The notes beneath the pieces were generated by a model. The model was not told the DNA's origin. It worked only from the letters and a program-made list of their open reading frames with translations, and searched no databases. Shown here one piece after another: positions 1 to 7,585 of a stretch of DNA of 19,182 nucleotides; the stretch's first letter is position 1; each line of letters opens with the position of its first letter. The position numbers and the translations under genes are program-made. Origin of the DNA: Myxococcales bacterium (lineage in GTDB: Bacteria > Myxococcota_A > UBA9042 > JABWCM01 > BTVJ01); contig BTVJ01000122.1 of the NCBI GenBank assembly GCA_045863395.1, positions 1 through 19,182 on the forward strand, in the 5' to 3' direction.

Positions 1-145
1 CGCCGGTGCCGCCCGTGCCGTCGTTCCCGCCCGTGCCGCCGGTGCCGCCGGTGCCTCCCGTGCCGCCGGTGCCGCCCGTGCCGCCGGTGCCGCCGGTGCC
101 TCCCGTGCCGCCGGTCCCGCCCGTCCCTCCGGTCCCGCCCGCGCC
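1..145 (-). repeat. Degenerate 9-nt coding tandem repeat encoding (Gly-Gly-Thr)n
   Basis: Units such as gtgccgccc / gtgccgccg / gtgcctccc / gtcccgccc vary mainly at third codon positions of the minus-strand frame. Confidence 0.9.
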
Positions 146-304
146 GCCCTTGCCCTTGAACATCTTGCTCAGCGTCCCGCCAAGGCCGCCGACGCCTCCA
201 CCGCCGCTGCCATCGCCGCTGGTGGCGTCGCAGGCGGAGAACGTGACCAGGGTGAGGGACAGGATGCCGAGACCGCCGAGGAACCTGAGTGTGTTGCCGC
301 GCAT
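2..304 (-). CDS. Gly/Thr-rich lipoprotein, N-terminal part only (runs off the window start)
   Basis: Not in the ORF track. ATG at 304 with GGAGAG RBS at 316-311. Hand translation MRGNTLRFLGGLGILSLTLVTFSAC-DATSGDGSGGGG...KGGAGGTGGTGGTGG gives a signal peptide with lipobox FSAC followed by GGT repeats; no stop before position 1. Confidence 0.85.
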   Translation of the reverse strand, partial: MRGNTLRFLGGLGILSLTLVTFSACDATSGDGSGGGGVGGLGGTLSKMFKGKGGAGGTGGTGGTGGTGGTGGTGGTGGTGGTGGTGGTGGTGGNDGTGGTG

Positions 305-563
305 GATGTTCTCTCCTTGCTGTGAGCTTCTCCCCGTCTCCGGGTGACCCAACCCGCTGCACCGGGCGTGCCAACCGCCGTCGCCCAGCCTTCGTCCGCG
401 CCGTTGCTTGCTGCGGCGGCTGCCGGGCTCCCCCGGAGTTTGCCGCGCGGCGGCGTCGGCGACCGTCGCCGACGGTCTGGACGGTCCTGCGTCGGTGCGC
501 GTGGAAAAGGATGCACGCACGGGGGTGCCAGGCAAGCGAAAGCGTCGAGAACGAGGCGGGCGG

Positions 564-1352
564 TTACGTGGCTGACCTGTCCAAGGCGTAGGAGGCGCGC
601 CAGGCCTCCCGCGCGGCGAGGCCGTGGCGCTCGAGCCCCGGCAGGATCACGGTGTCGACGGCCTCGAAGAACAGGCTGCGAGCGTCCCGGCCGTCGCAGA
701 CGCCGACGGCCGATGCCTCGGCCGTCGGCAGCGGGTCCACGGGCAGGTGCCGGAGCTCGTGCTCCCGCAGGTGGTGGAGCGCCACGACGAGGTACTCACC
801 CAGGCGCCCCCGGAGGTCCGCCGGCAGCGGGCCCAACTCCCGCAGGACCCTCCACCCGAAGCGGGCGTGCTGGACCTCGTCCGCCAGGATGCGCCCCAGG
901 GTGGCGGTCATCTCGGGGGGGCGCACCTCCTGCTGCTCCGCCCGGATCAACGCCACGGCAACGGTCTCCGAGAGGCAGGACACGCTGATCAGGTTTCGGA
1001 GGAAGGCCTCCAGCGGGCTCGCGTCCTCGTGGAGGGGCACGAGTGGGAGCTCCGGGAGAGGCGCCCAAGCCTCCCCTCCGAGCGCGTGGACCACGGCGGC
1101 GCACTGGCGCCCGTGGCGCAGCTCGTCCTGGATCATCACGGCCACGTCGTGCTGCCAGTCCGGGTCCAGGCCGGCGCTCATCATCTGGGGGATCAGCGAC
1201 GCGAAGACCCGCGCCGAGATGTGCTCGTTGACCATGCGGCCCTTCCAGGTCGCGATGGCGCGATGGCGGTCCTGGTCGGTCAGGGGCACGCCTCCGCTCA
1301 GCTCCAGACCGTCTGCGGCGGCCTGGCGCCGCAGGTCGAGCGTGGGGCTCAC
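564..1352 (-). CDS. Ferritin-like (diiron carboxylate) domain protein
   Basis: Four-helix ligand pattern E43 ... D-E77-L-R-H80 ... E129 ... D-E159-V-Q-H162. No signal peptide. Its GTG start overlaps the upstream TGA stop (GTGA, 1352-1349). Confidence 0.88.
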   Translation of the reverse strand: MSPTLDLRRQAAADGLELSGGVPLTDQDRHRAIATWKGRMVNEHISARVFASLIPQMMSAGLDPDWQHDVAVMIQDELRHGRQCAAVVHALGGEAWAPLPELPLVPLHEDASPLEAFLRNLISVSCLSETVAVALIRAEQQEVRPPEMTATLGRILADEVQHARFGWRVLRELGPLPADLRGRLGEYLVVALHHLREHELRHLPVDPLPTAEASAVGVCDGRDARSLFFEAVDTVILPGLERHGLAAREAWRASYALDRSAT

Positions 1353-2086
1353 GCCACGCTCCGCAAGGCGCGGCGGGCGGCGACGCGGTCGAAGGCTGGC
1401 GGCGCCGGGGGACCCCAGGGGTTGCAGCCGGGCGCGGCAAACTCACCCGCCTGGTACTTGGCGTTGCAGCACGCCTGAGCCGTCTCGTTGGGCGTGATGT
1501 CCATCTCGGCGCACTGGCCCTCGAAGCAGGCCAGCACCTTGTCCGTGGGGCAGGGGTCAGCGACGCTGCACGGGACCCCGGTCGGCTGGAGGCAGCCCAT
1601 GGCGCTGCCGGCGTCCGCCACCTGCGTGTCGGTGGGCTGCACGGCGTCGGTGCCGGCGTCGGCCGCCACGTCGGCGGGCGTCGCCGTGTCCGTGGTCTCG
1701 GCATCCTGCGCCACGTCCACGTGCGCCGCGACGTCGGCCGCGTCGGGGGGGGAGGCCACGTCAACCGGCGCCGCTGCGTCTCCCGCGACGTCCCCCGTCG
1801 CTGCCACGTCCATGGGAGCTGCCACGTCCGCGGCTCCGTCGAGACCGCGCGGTACGTCCGCGCCAGGCCCCGGCGTGTCCTCGCCGAGCACCAGGTCCGC
1901 CAGGTCGGCGAGGATGTCGCCGTTCAGTGAGGTATCCGCGAGTGCGCCGGTGTCGCTGCCCCCCGCCGTCCCGCCGTCCGGGCACCCAGCCAGCAGCGCC
2001 AGACACGCCGCGAGCCGGGCTCCGCTCCGCCCGAACACGACGCTGGCCGCGGATCGCAGGGCCCTCTCGCGCGTCCTGATTCGCAT
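1349..2086 (-). CDS. Putative lipoprotein with acidic D-V-A spacer and Cys-rich C-terminal domain ending CNPWGPPAPP
   Basis: Lipobox LAGC after a hydrophobic stretch, long Asp/Ala/Val low-complexity linker, 8 Cys in the last ~80 aa. Start is uncertain (ATG 2086 or ATG 2101). Confidence 0.8.
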   Translation of the reverse strand: MRIRTRERALRSAASVVFGRSGARLAACLALLAGCPDGGTAGGSDTGALADTSLNGDILADLADLVLGEDTPGPGADVPRGLDGAADVAAPMDVAATGDVAGDAAAPVDVASPPDAADVAAHVDVAQDAETTDTATPADVAADAGTDAVQPTDTQVADAGSAMGCLQPTGVPCSVADPCPTDKVLACFEGQCAEMDITPNETAQACCNAKYQAGEFAAPGCNPWGPPAPPAFDRVAARRALRSVA

Positions 2087-2129
2087 GGCGCACCTCTTCA
2101 TCTAGAAATGGAGACCAATGAGGTCCACC

Positions 2130-2158
2130 ATCCTACCCGTGCCGCGTCTGGCGAACAA
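2130..2158 (-). promoter_or_regulatory. Putative sigma70-type promoter for the lipoprotein/ferritin-like operon
   Basis: TTGTTC (2158-2153), 17-nt spacer, TAGGAT (2135-2130). Confidence 0.5.
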
Positions 2159-2247
2159 GGCTCTGCGTCACCTATACCGCGTCCTCCTGCGCCCCCGCCG
2201 CACTCCTTCCCAGATCTTGCGAGTATCGTGGACAGGCACGGTTCGTA

Positions 2248-2276
2248 TTGACACGGCCGCTCTGCGTGGGCACGCT
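2248..2276 (+). promoter_or_regulatory. Putative sigma70-type promoter for the 2352 lipoprotein pair
   Basis: Consensus TTGACA (2248-2253), 17-nt spacer, CACGCT (2271-2276). Confidence 0.45.
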
Positions 2277-2351
2277 CGCGGCACACAGGAACATCTCCCG
2301 GTCAGGATGGGAAGCCGTCCTGGCCCGAGGCGGACAAAAGGAGACCATCGA

Positions 2352-5051
2352 ATGCTTCGACGGATTGGAGTGCTCGCCCTCGCGGTGGGTGTGGCGGTGT
2401 TGGGGGCCGGTTGCAGCGACGAGGGCGGCTCGGGGGCCCCCACCGGGGTGGACAAGGCGCCGAAGAGCGGCCTGCACATGGTCGTGAGCGGCCTCGCCAG
2501 TGACGTCGCGGGCGTCCTCTACGAGGTGACCTGCGCGGGCGGCTTCACGGCGACCCAGTACGTGCCCTTGGAGACCGAGGGCCTCCCGGCCCACGTGGAC
2601 CAGACCCTCGCCGGCTCCCCCTTCGCCGATCTGTTCCTGATCGTGCCTCCCGGCGCTTGCACGGTGAACGCCACCGCAATGCTGGACCCGAACACGCCCG
2701 CGCCCGACTGCACGCCGGTCAAGCAGGACGTGGTCGTGGTCGCGGGCAAGACGACCGAGATCGTGCTGGTCATCGAGTGCAAGGCCAAGCCCACCGGCGC
2801 GCTGGACCTGGTCACGGTGATCACCGACAGCCCGTCCATCACGAACGTCACCTACAGCAGCTCGAAGTTCATCGTGAAGTGCGAGCCGGTGTCCATCACC
2901 GTCGACGCGGAGGGCGGCAACGGGCCGCTCACCTACACCTTCACGGTGACGGGGCCCGACGGCGCGGTCTACGAGTTCACCTCGAAGGGGCCCGTGCTCA
3001 CGTTCTGGGCCGAGACGCCGGGCGAGTACACCGTGACGGTGACGGTCAGCGACGGGACCAACGAGTCCACCATGACCTTCCCCATCCACGTCGGCGACGA
3101 CCCGGACATCGAGCACTGCCAGGAGGTGTGCTGCAAGATCGACGACCACCTGGCCATCGCGAGCAAGCCGGGCTGCGAGGGCAAGGGCGGCGTGGCGGTG
3201 CCCCTGGAGCAGTGCTACGTGGAGGTCTGCTGCAAGACCATCGACGGCGTGATGACCGTGCCAGCGCTGGAGTGCCCGCAGGGTCACGTGCTCCCCGCCA
3301 AGGAGTGTGAGGCGGCGCAGCAGGTGTGCTGCCGCATCGGCAACCAGTCAACGACCTGGGCGCCGAGCCAGGCTGCGTGCAACCAGCAGGGTGGCACGGT
3401 CGTGCCGGAGGCCGTGTGCAAGCAGGAGGTCTGCTGCAAGACCGCCGCGGGGAGCCAGGTAGTGCCCCTCGCCCAGTGCCCGAACAGCCAGATCCAGCCG
3501 ATGGAGCTGTGCGTGCCCCAGGATGTGTGCTGCTCGCTGCCCGGCGGCCTCTTTGCCGTAATCCCGGAGTCGGAGTGCATCGTCCAGGGCAAGGTCGTCG
3601 CCATGGACCTGTGTCTGCCCGCGGTGTGCTGCGTCGGCCCGGACGGGCAGGCCAGCGTCACGCCACAGACCACCTGCGAGAAGGTCGGCGGGCAGTCGCT
3701 GCCCGAGGAGAAGTGCAACGAGGTCTGCTGTCAGGTCCAGGGGCTGAAGGACCCCGCCAAGACCCTGCTCTACCTCTGCGAGCAGCAGGGCGGGGTGGTG
3801 CTCGACCCGTCCAAGTGCTCGAAGATCCAGCAGGTGTTCGACATCGGCGCGACCGTCGAGCCGGGCCAGACCTGCGAGCTGGCGCCGTACCTGGTGGTGC
3901 CCTCCAGCGGCGCCAGCAAGCTGGCGGTCTACGATCTGACGACGCTGGCGCCCCTGGCCACGTCGCCGTTCGCGACCTGCGCGAACCCGAGCCGCATCCT
4001 GATGGACGGGAACACGGACGTGTATGCGACCTGCCGCAACGACGGGAAGGTGGCCAAGCACACGCGCGACGGCGTTCTGCTCTGGTCGACTCAGCTCCCC
4101 GTCTGCGCGTCGTCCCGCGGCATCGTGCTCACGGGCAACGGCCGCCTCTTCGCAGGGTGCAGTGACTTCCCGGGCAACGTCTTCGAGTTGAACCCCGCCA
4201 CCGGCGCCGTCCTGGGCTCCGTGCAGACCGACATGCAGGTCTACGGCCTCGCCGCCGACTCCACCGGTGTCTACGTCAGCGGCTACTTCAGCGGCAAGGT
4301 GGGCAAGTTCGGGGTCAATGGCACGGAGAACCTGCAGATGCTGTGGAGCTGGAACCACTCGCTGCCCTACGGAATCGCAGCCGACCAGATCGGCGGTGTC
4401 TGGATTACGGGTTCCACCCTGCGTCTGCTCGACGGTTCGACGGGTCTGCTCGTGGACACCGCGCCCACCCCCAACTTCTTCATGTGCGGCGTGCAGGTGG
4501 GCTTGGATGGCCGCGTCTATGCCGCTGCCTACAGCGCGAACAAGGTGTACCGCTACGATCCTGGTCTCGACGCGACCACCGTCCTGGATCCGCAGCCCGG
4601 TGTGAGCGACGTCCACGGCCTCACGCTGGATGCCCAGAACAATGTCTACACCATCAACCAGAACACCCACAATCTGACCAGGATCACGCCCGCCAACGTG
4701 GCGACAGGCTTCGGCGGCGGCATCCTCGTGAACCCCTACGGCTACTCGGGCGACATGACGGGCCTCACGTCCCAGTGCATGTCCGCCTCGACGAGCACCT
4801 GGGTCTCCGCGCCGATCGACTCCGGCAACGCGGCGACCCAGTGGCTGACCATCTCGTGGACGGCGATCACGCCGCCCGGCAGCGGGGTGGCGGTCTACGT
4901 GCGGCTCGACGGCGGCGCGTGGACGCAGGTCACCAACGGTCAGGCGCTCGGCCTGGTCGGCCAGACCCTGGAGGTCAAGGCGCTGCTCTCGTCGACCATC
5001 GCGGGCAACGAGCCGACGTTGGTCAACCTGACCGTCGTCTATCAGCCGTAG
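2352..5051 (+). CDS. Large modular lipoprotein: two beta-sandwich (Ig/PKD-like) domains, 7 Cys-rich repeats, beta-propeller, C-terminal beta domain
   Basis: AAGGAG RBS before ATG 2352. MLRRIGVLALAVGVAVLGAG-C lipoprotein signal. PKD-like PGEYTVTVTVSDG, VCC repeats, propeller-blade repeats (YGLAADSTGVYV, YGIAADQIGGVWI, HGLTLDAQNNVYT), then YGYSGDMTG and a Trp-rich terminal domain. The ORF-track start at 2118 is too early. Confidence 0.85.
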   Translation: MLRRIGVLALAVGVAVLGAGCSDEGGSGAPTGVDKAPKSGLHMVVSGLASDVAGVLYEVTCAGGFTATQYVPLETEGLPAHVDQTLAGSPFADLFLIVPPGACTVNATAMLDPNTPAPDCTPVKQDVVVVAGKTTEIVLVIECKAKPTGALDLVTVITDSPSITNVTYSSSKFIVKCEPVSITVDAEGGNGPLTYTFTVTGPDGAVYEFTSKGPVLTFWAETPGEYTVTVTVSDGTNESTMTFPIHVGDDPDIEHCQEVCCKIDDHLAIASKPGCEGKGGVAVPLEQCYVEVCCKTIDGVMTVPALECPQGHVLPAKECEAAQQVCCRIGNQSTTWAPSQAACNQQGGTVVPEAVCKQEVCCKTAAGSQVVPLAQCPNSQIQPMELCVPQDVCCSLPGGLFAVIPESECIVQGKVVAMDLCLPAVCCVGPDGQASVTPQTTCEKVGGQSLPEEKCNEVCCQVQGLKDPAKTLLYLCEQQGGVVLDPSKCSKIQQVFDIGATVEPGQTCELAPYLVVPSSGASKLAVYDLTTLAPLATSPFATCANPSRILMDGNTDVYATCRNDGKVAKHTRDGVLLWSTQLPVCASSRGIVLTGNGRLFAGCSDFPGNVFELNPATGAVLGSVQTDMQVYGLAADSTGVYVSGYFSGKVGKFGVNGTENLQMLWSWNHSLPYGIAADQIGGVWITGSTLRLLDGSTGLLVDTAPTPNFFMCGVQVGLDGRVYAAAYSANKVYRYDPGLDATTVLDPQPGVSDVHGLTLDAQNNVYTINQNTHNLTRITPANVATGFGGGILVNPYGYSGDMTGLTSQCMSASTSTWVSAPIDSGNAATQWLTISWTAITPPGSGVAVYVRLDGGAWTQVTNGQALGLVGQTLEVKALLSSTIAGNEPTLVNLTVVYQP
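3114..3818 (+). repeat. Seven tandem ~32-aa Cys-rich protein repeats, V-C-C-x14-16-C-x10-12-C
   Basis: Units begin EVCCKID, EVCCKTI, QVCCRIG, EVCCKTA, DVCCSLP, AVCCVGP, EVCCQVQ, each with 4 Cys. Confidence 0.9.
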
Positions 5052-5054
5052 GGG

Positions 5055-5792
5055 GTGGTGGTGGTCCGCAAGAGCCCGCTCCTGCTCCTGCTCGCGCTCG
5101 TGGCCTGCGAGGCCGCCGGTGACGGGCAGGAGCCCGAGAGCACCGGCGTCATCGCCCTCGGCCTCAGTCAGGCCCCCGCTGGCGTCAGCGGGGTCCTGGC
5201 GCGCATCACGTGCGGCGACGTGGTCGTCGAGCGCTATGCGCCCCTGGAGTCCGAGGGTCTCCCCGACCACGTGGACGCGCAGCTCGCCGGCCACGCCTTC
5301 GCCGACGCCTTCGCCGTCGTGCCCGCGGGCACCTGCAAGGTGGACGTGTGGGCGATGGCCGACGAGGCCACGCTCGCGCCGTGCGGGTCTGCGTCGGCGA
5401 CGGTGGACGTGGTCGCGGGCAAGACCAGCGAGGTGTTGCTGGTGCTCGCGTGCGACCCGGGCCCCACGGGCGGCGTCGACGTGGCGGTGGTCATCGATCA
5501 GCCTCCGGTCATCGAGGCGCTGGTGGTGGCACCGGGGCTGGAGGTGCCCGCGTGCACCGCGGCCATCGTCCGCGTCGAGGCGAGCGACCCGGACGGCGAC
5601 GCGCTGGCGGTGACCTTCGACGTGGACGGGCCCGCGGACGGTGGTTGGGACGCGAGCCAGAGCGGAGACGACCTGGTGCTGGTCGCCCAGACCGAAGGGA
5701 GCTACGTGGTCACCGCCACCGTGAGCGACGGGCTCATCGACGTCAGCGCCAAGGTGAAGCTCAACGTGGTCGCTGGGTCCTGCGCCCCCTGA
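5055..5792 (+). CDS. Lipoprotein, stand-alone paralog of the N-terminal two-domain module of the upstream gene
   Basis: RKSPLLLLLALVA-C lipobox. Collinear similarity to the upstream protein (YAPLESEGLPDHVDAQLAGHAFADAF vs YVPLETEGLPAHVDQTLAGSPFADLF; VVAGKTSEV vs VVAGKTTEI; GSYVVTATVSDG vs GEYTVTVTVSDG). Start is one of GTG 5055/5058/5061. Confidence 0.87.
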   Translation: MVVVRKSPLLLLLALVACEAAGDGQEPESTGVIALGLSQAPAGVSGVLARITCGDVVVERYAPLESEGLPDHVDAQLAGHAFADAFAVVPAGTCKVDVWAMADEATLAPCGSASATVDVVAGKTSEVLLVLACDPGPTGGVDVAVVIDQPPVIEALVVAPGLEVPACTAAIVRVEASDPDGDALAVTFDVDGPADGGWDASQSGDDLVLVAQTEGSYVVTATVSDGLIDVSAKVKLNVVAGSCAP

Positions 5793-5853
5793 CCGCGCGC
5801 TCCCCGCTCTCGGCGGCCCCCGGTCAGGGCCGCCCCCAGCCAGCCCCGCCCCA

Positions 5854-7425
5854 CTACCACGCGCTGTTGGGCGCCCCCGGGGTCCCGTAGCCTCCGGGCC
5901 CGTACTTCACGCTCGCCGCCTTCCAGTTGCCGACGGCCTGGTTGTCCGCCGCCGGGTCGATCAGCTCCAGCGAGCGCCCCGAGACGAAGTCCCACGGGTC
6001 ATACGAGGCGTAGCGCGCCTGGTCGATGAGCTGGCCCTTGTCGTTGTAGATGAGGACCGCGCCCTCGCCGTTGGGCAGGTAGAACCCGTCGCCCCAGGCC
6101 GCGTCCACCTTCACGCCGCCGTTCAGCTCCGTGTCCGTCGAGGCCCCGATGACCGCGAAGGCTCCTGGAGCCAGGGCGACCGCGGTCGGCAGCGGCACCA
6201 TCCACGCCTGGAAGGCGCAGTCCTTGAGCGTCAGGCCGGCGATGAGGATGGCCACCTCGCTGCGGTTCTGCACCTCGATCCACTCGCGGGGGCCGTCCTC
6301 GCCCGCCGGGTCGGCCATGATCTCCGTGACCACCAGGCTGCCGAGCTCGGGGGCGTCCGCCGCCGCGATGCAGTCGGTCTTGATGCACTTCGAGACGGCC
6401 GTCCCCCCCGGCGTGAGGAGCACGAGGTCGGGCAGGATGCGTGGCTCCAGCTTGAAGTTCCCGAAGGCGTAGTTGAGCACGCCCGTCAGGTCCTTGAGCT
6501 CGTCGCCAAGGTGCGCCACGAAGGGCAGCATCGCCATGTCGTCGACGCGCAGGTTGTCGTCGACCATGAACTCCCCGAACTCGTGGGGGCAGTCGGGCTT
6601 GGTGTTGACCACGGTGGACACGCCGTCGACGCGCACCAGCACGCCCTCGTAGGGCTCCGCCCACTCGCCGCCGGTCGCGATGAGGCCCGCGATGGGGATG
6701 GCGGCGGGGGTCGCCGTTGCGCCACCGCCGAGGCGGGTCACCTTGGTCGCGTAGATCTGGCTCAGGCCGTAGTACTCGCGGAAGCTGCCCTCCACCGACA
6801 CACGGTCGCCCAGCGAGAGCTGCTGGAAGGGGTCGCCCTTGGCGTTGAGCGCGTAGATGCCGATGCCCGACCAGGGGCCGCCTTCTTCCTCTTGCGCGAA
6901 GAACTGGTCGCCGAAGACCGCCGTCACGACGAGACCGGTGACGGTCACCTCCAGGACCTCGCCGGGGGCCAGCTCCGCGTGGTCGGGACACGCGGGGTCT
7001 TGCAGGTCGTAGACGTTGACGCCGCCGCCAGGCTCCGTGCAGCGATCCACGTAGGGCAGCTCCGGTGGGGGGCCCGCGTCGGGCGTCCCGAGGTCGACCG
7101 GGACATCAGGCGCCTCGGGGGCGTCGGGCACGTCCGCGGTGTCGGGGGCGGCCACGTCGGCGACGTCCGGCAGGTCCTCCGGCACGTCGCTCGGGGGCGA
7201 AGCGTCGGGGAAGCGCCGCCAGTCCACCGAGTCCGTCGCGTGGGAGATCACGTCCACCGCGTCGTCGGGGGCGGCCGCGTCCACCTGCGGCCCGGAGTCG
7301 GCGACCACGTCTGTCGCGGGTGTCGGGGTGTCGCCTCCGATGGCGACGGCGTCTCCGTCTGTGCCTGCATCCGAGCAGGCCGTCAACGCGAGGGCGAGGG
7401 TCAGGGAGATGCGCTTCGATGCCAT
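5854..7425 (-). CDS. Lipoprotein with OB-fold-like region (as in extracellular nucleases) and C-terminal lamin tail domain
   Basis: MASKRISLTLALALTA-C lipobox and acidic spacer. OB-like VTVTGLVVTAV...GDRVSVEGSFREYYGLSQI and EPYEGVLVRV...GVLNYAFGNFKLEPR. LTD motifs LVVTEIMADP...EWIEVQN...GTPGAPNS. Confidence 0.85.
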   Translation of the reverse strand: MASKRISLTLALALTACSDAGTDGDAVAIGGDTPTPATDVVADSGPQVDAAAPDDAVDVISHATDSVDWRRFPDASPPSDVPEDLPDVADVAAPDTADVPDAPEAPDVPVDLGTPDAGPPPELPYVDRCTEPGGGVNVYDLQDPACPDHAELAPGEVLEVTVTGLVVTAVFGDQFFAQEEEGGPWSGIGIYALNAKGDPFQQLSLGDRVSVEGSFREYYGLSQIYATKVTRLGGGATATPAAIPIAGLIATGGEWAEPYEGVLVRVDGVSTVVNTKPDCPHEFGEFMVDDNLRVDDMAMLPFVAHLGDELKDLTGVLNYAFGNFKLEPRILPDLVLLTPGGTAVSKCIKTDCIAAADAPELGSLVVTEIMADPAGEDGPREWIEVQNRSEVAILIAGLTLKDCAFQAWMVPLPTAVALAPGAFAVIGASTDTELNGGVKVDAAWGDGFYLPNGEGAVLIYNDKGQLIDQARYASYDPWDFVSGRSLELIDPAADNQAVGNWKAASVKYGPGGYGTPGAPNSAW

Positions 7426-7585
7426 GGAGCACCAGCGGACGGGTGCCTCCGGGGGGCCGGCGCCCATGCCGGTCCGGGGCGGCCCGATCCGCGGTGCATC
7501 ATGCTCTTTGCGCGCAGGAGTTCAACGGTTCGGTGCTTCGGAGGGTGACGATTTGTCGCCGCGGGGCTCGCCGTTGTCGACTGCC

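Noticed and set aside
6..347. Pro-Pro-Val repeat ORF on the plus strand
   Set aside because: It is the antisense shadow of the Gly-Gly-Thr lipoprotein, which has an RBS, a lipobox and the right codon bias.
516..530. Sigma54-like TGGCAC...TGC on the minus strand
   Set aside because: Only 9 nt separate the GG and GC dinucleotides, not the required 10.
2118..2351. 78-aa N-terminal extension of the large lipoprotein
   Set aside because: This is the divergent promoter region; the RBS and signal peptide define ATG 2352.
2352..5792. TraA/TraB kin-recognition locus
   Set aside because: There is no recognisable PA14-like domain, no MYXO-CTERM tail and no OmpA/beta-barrel partner.
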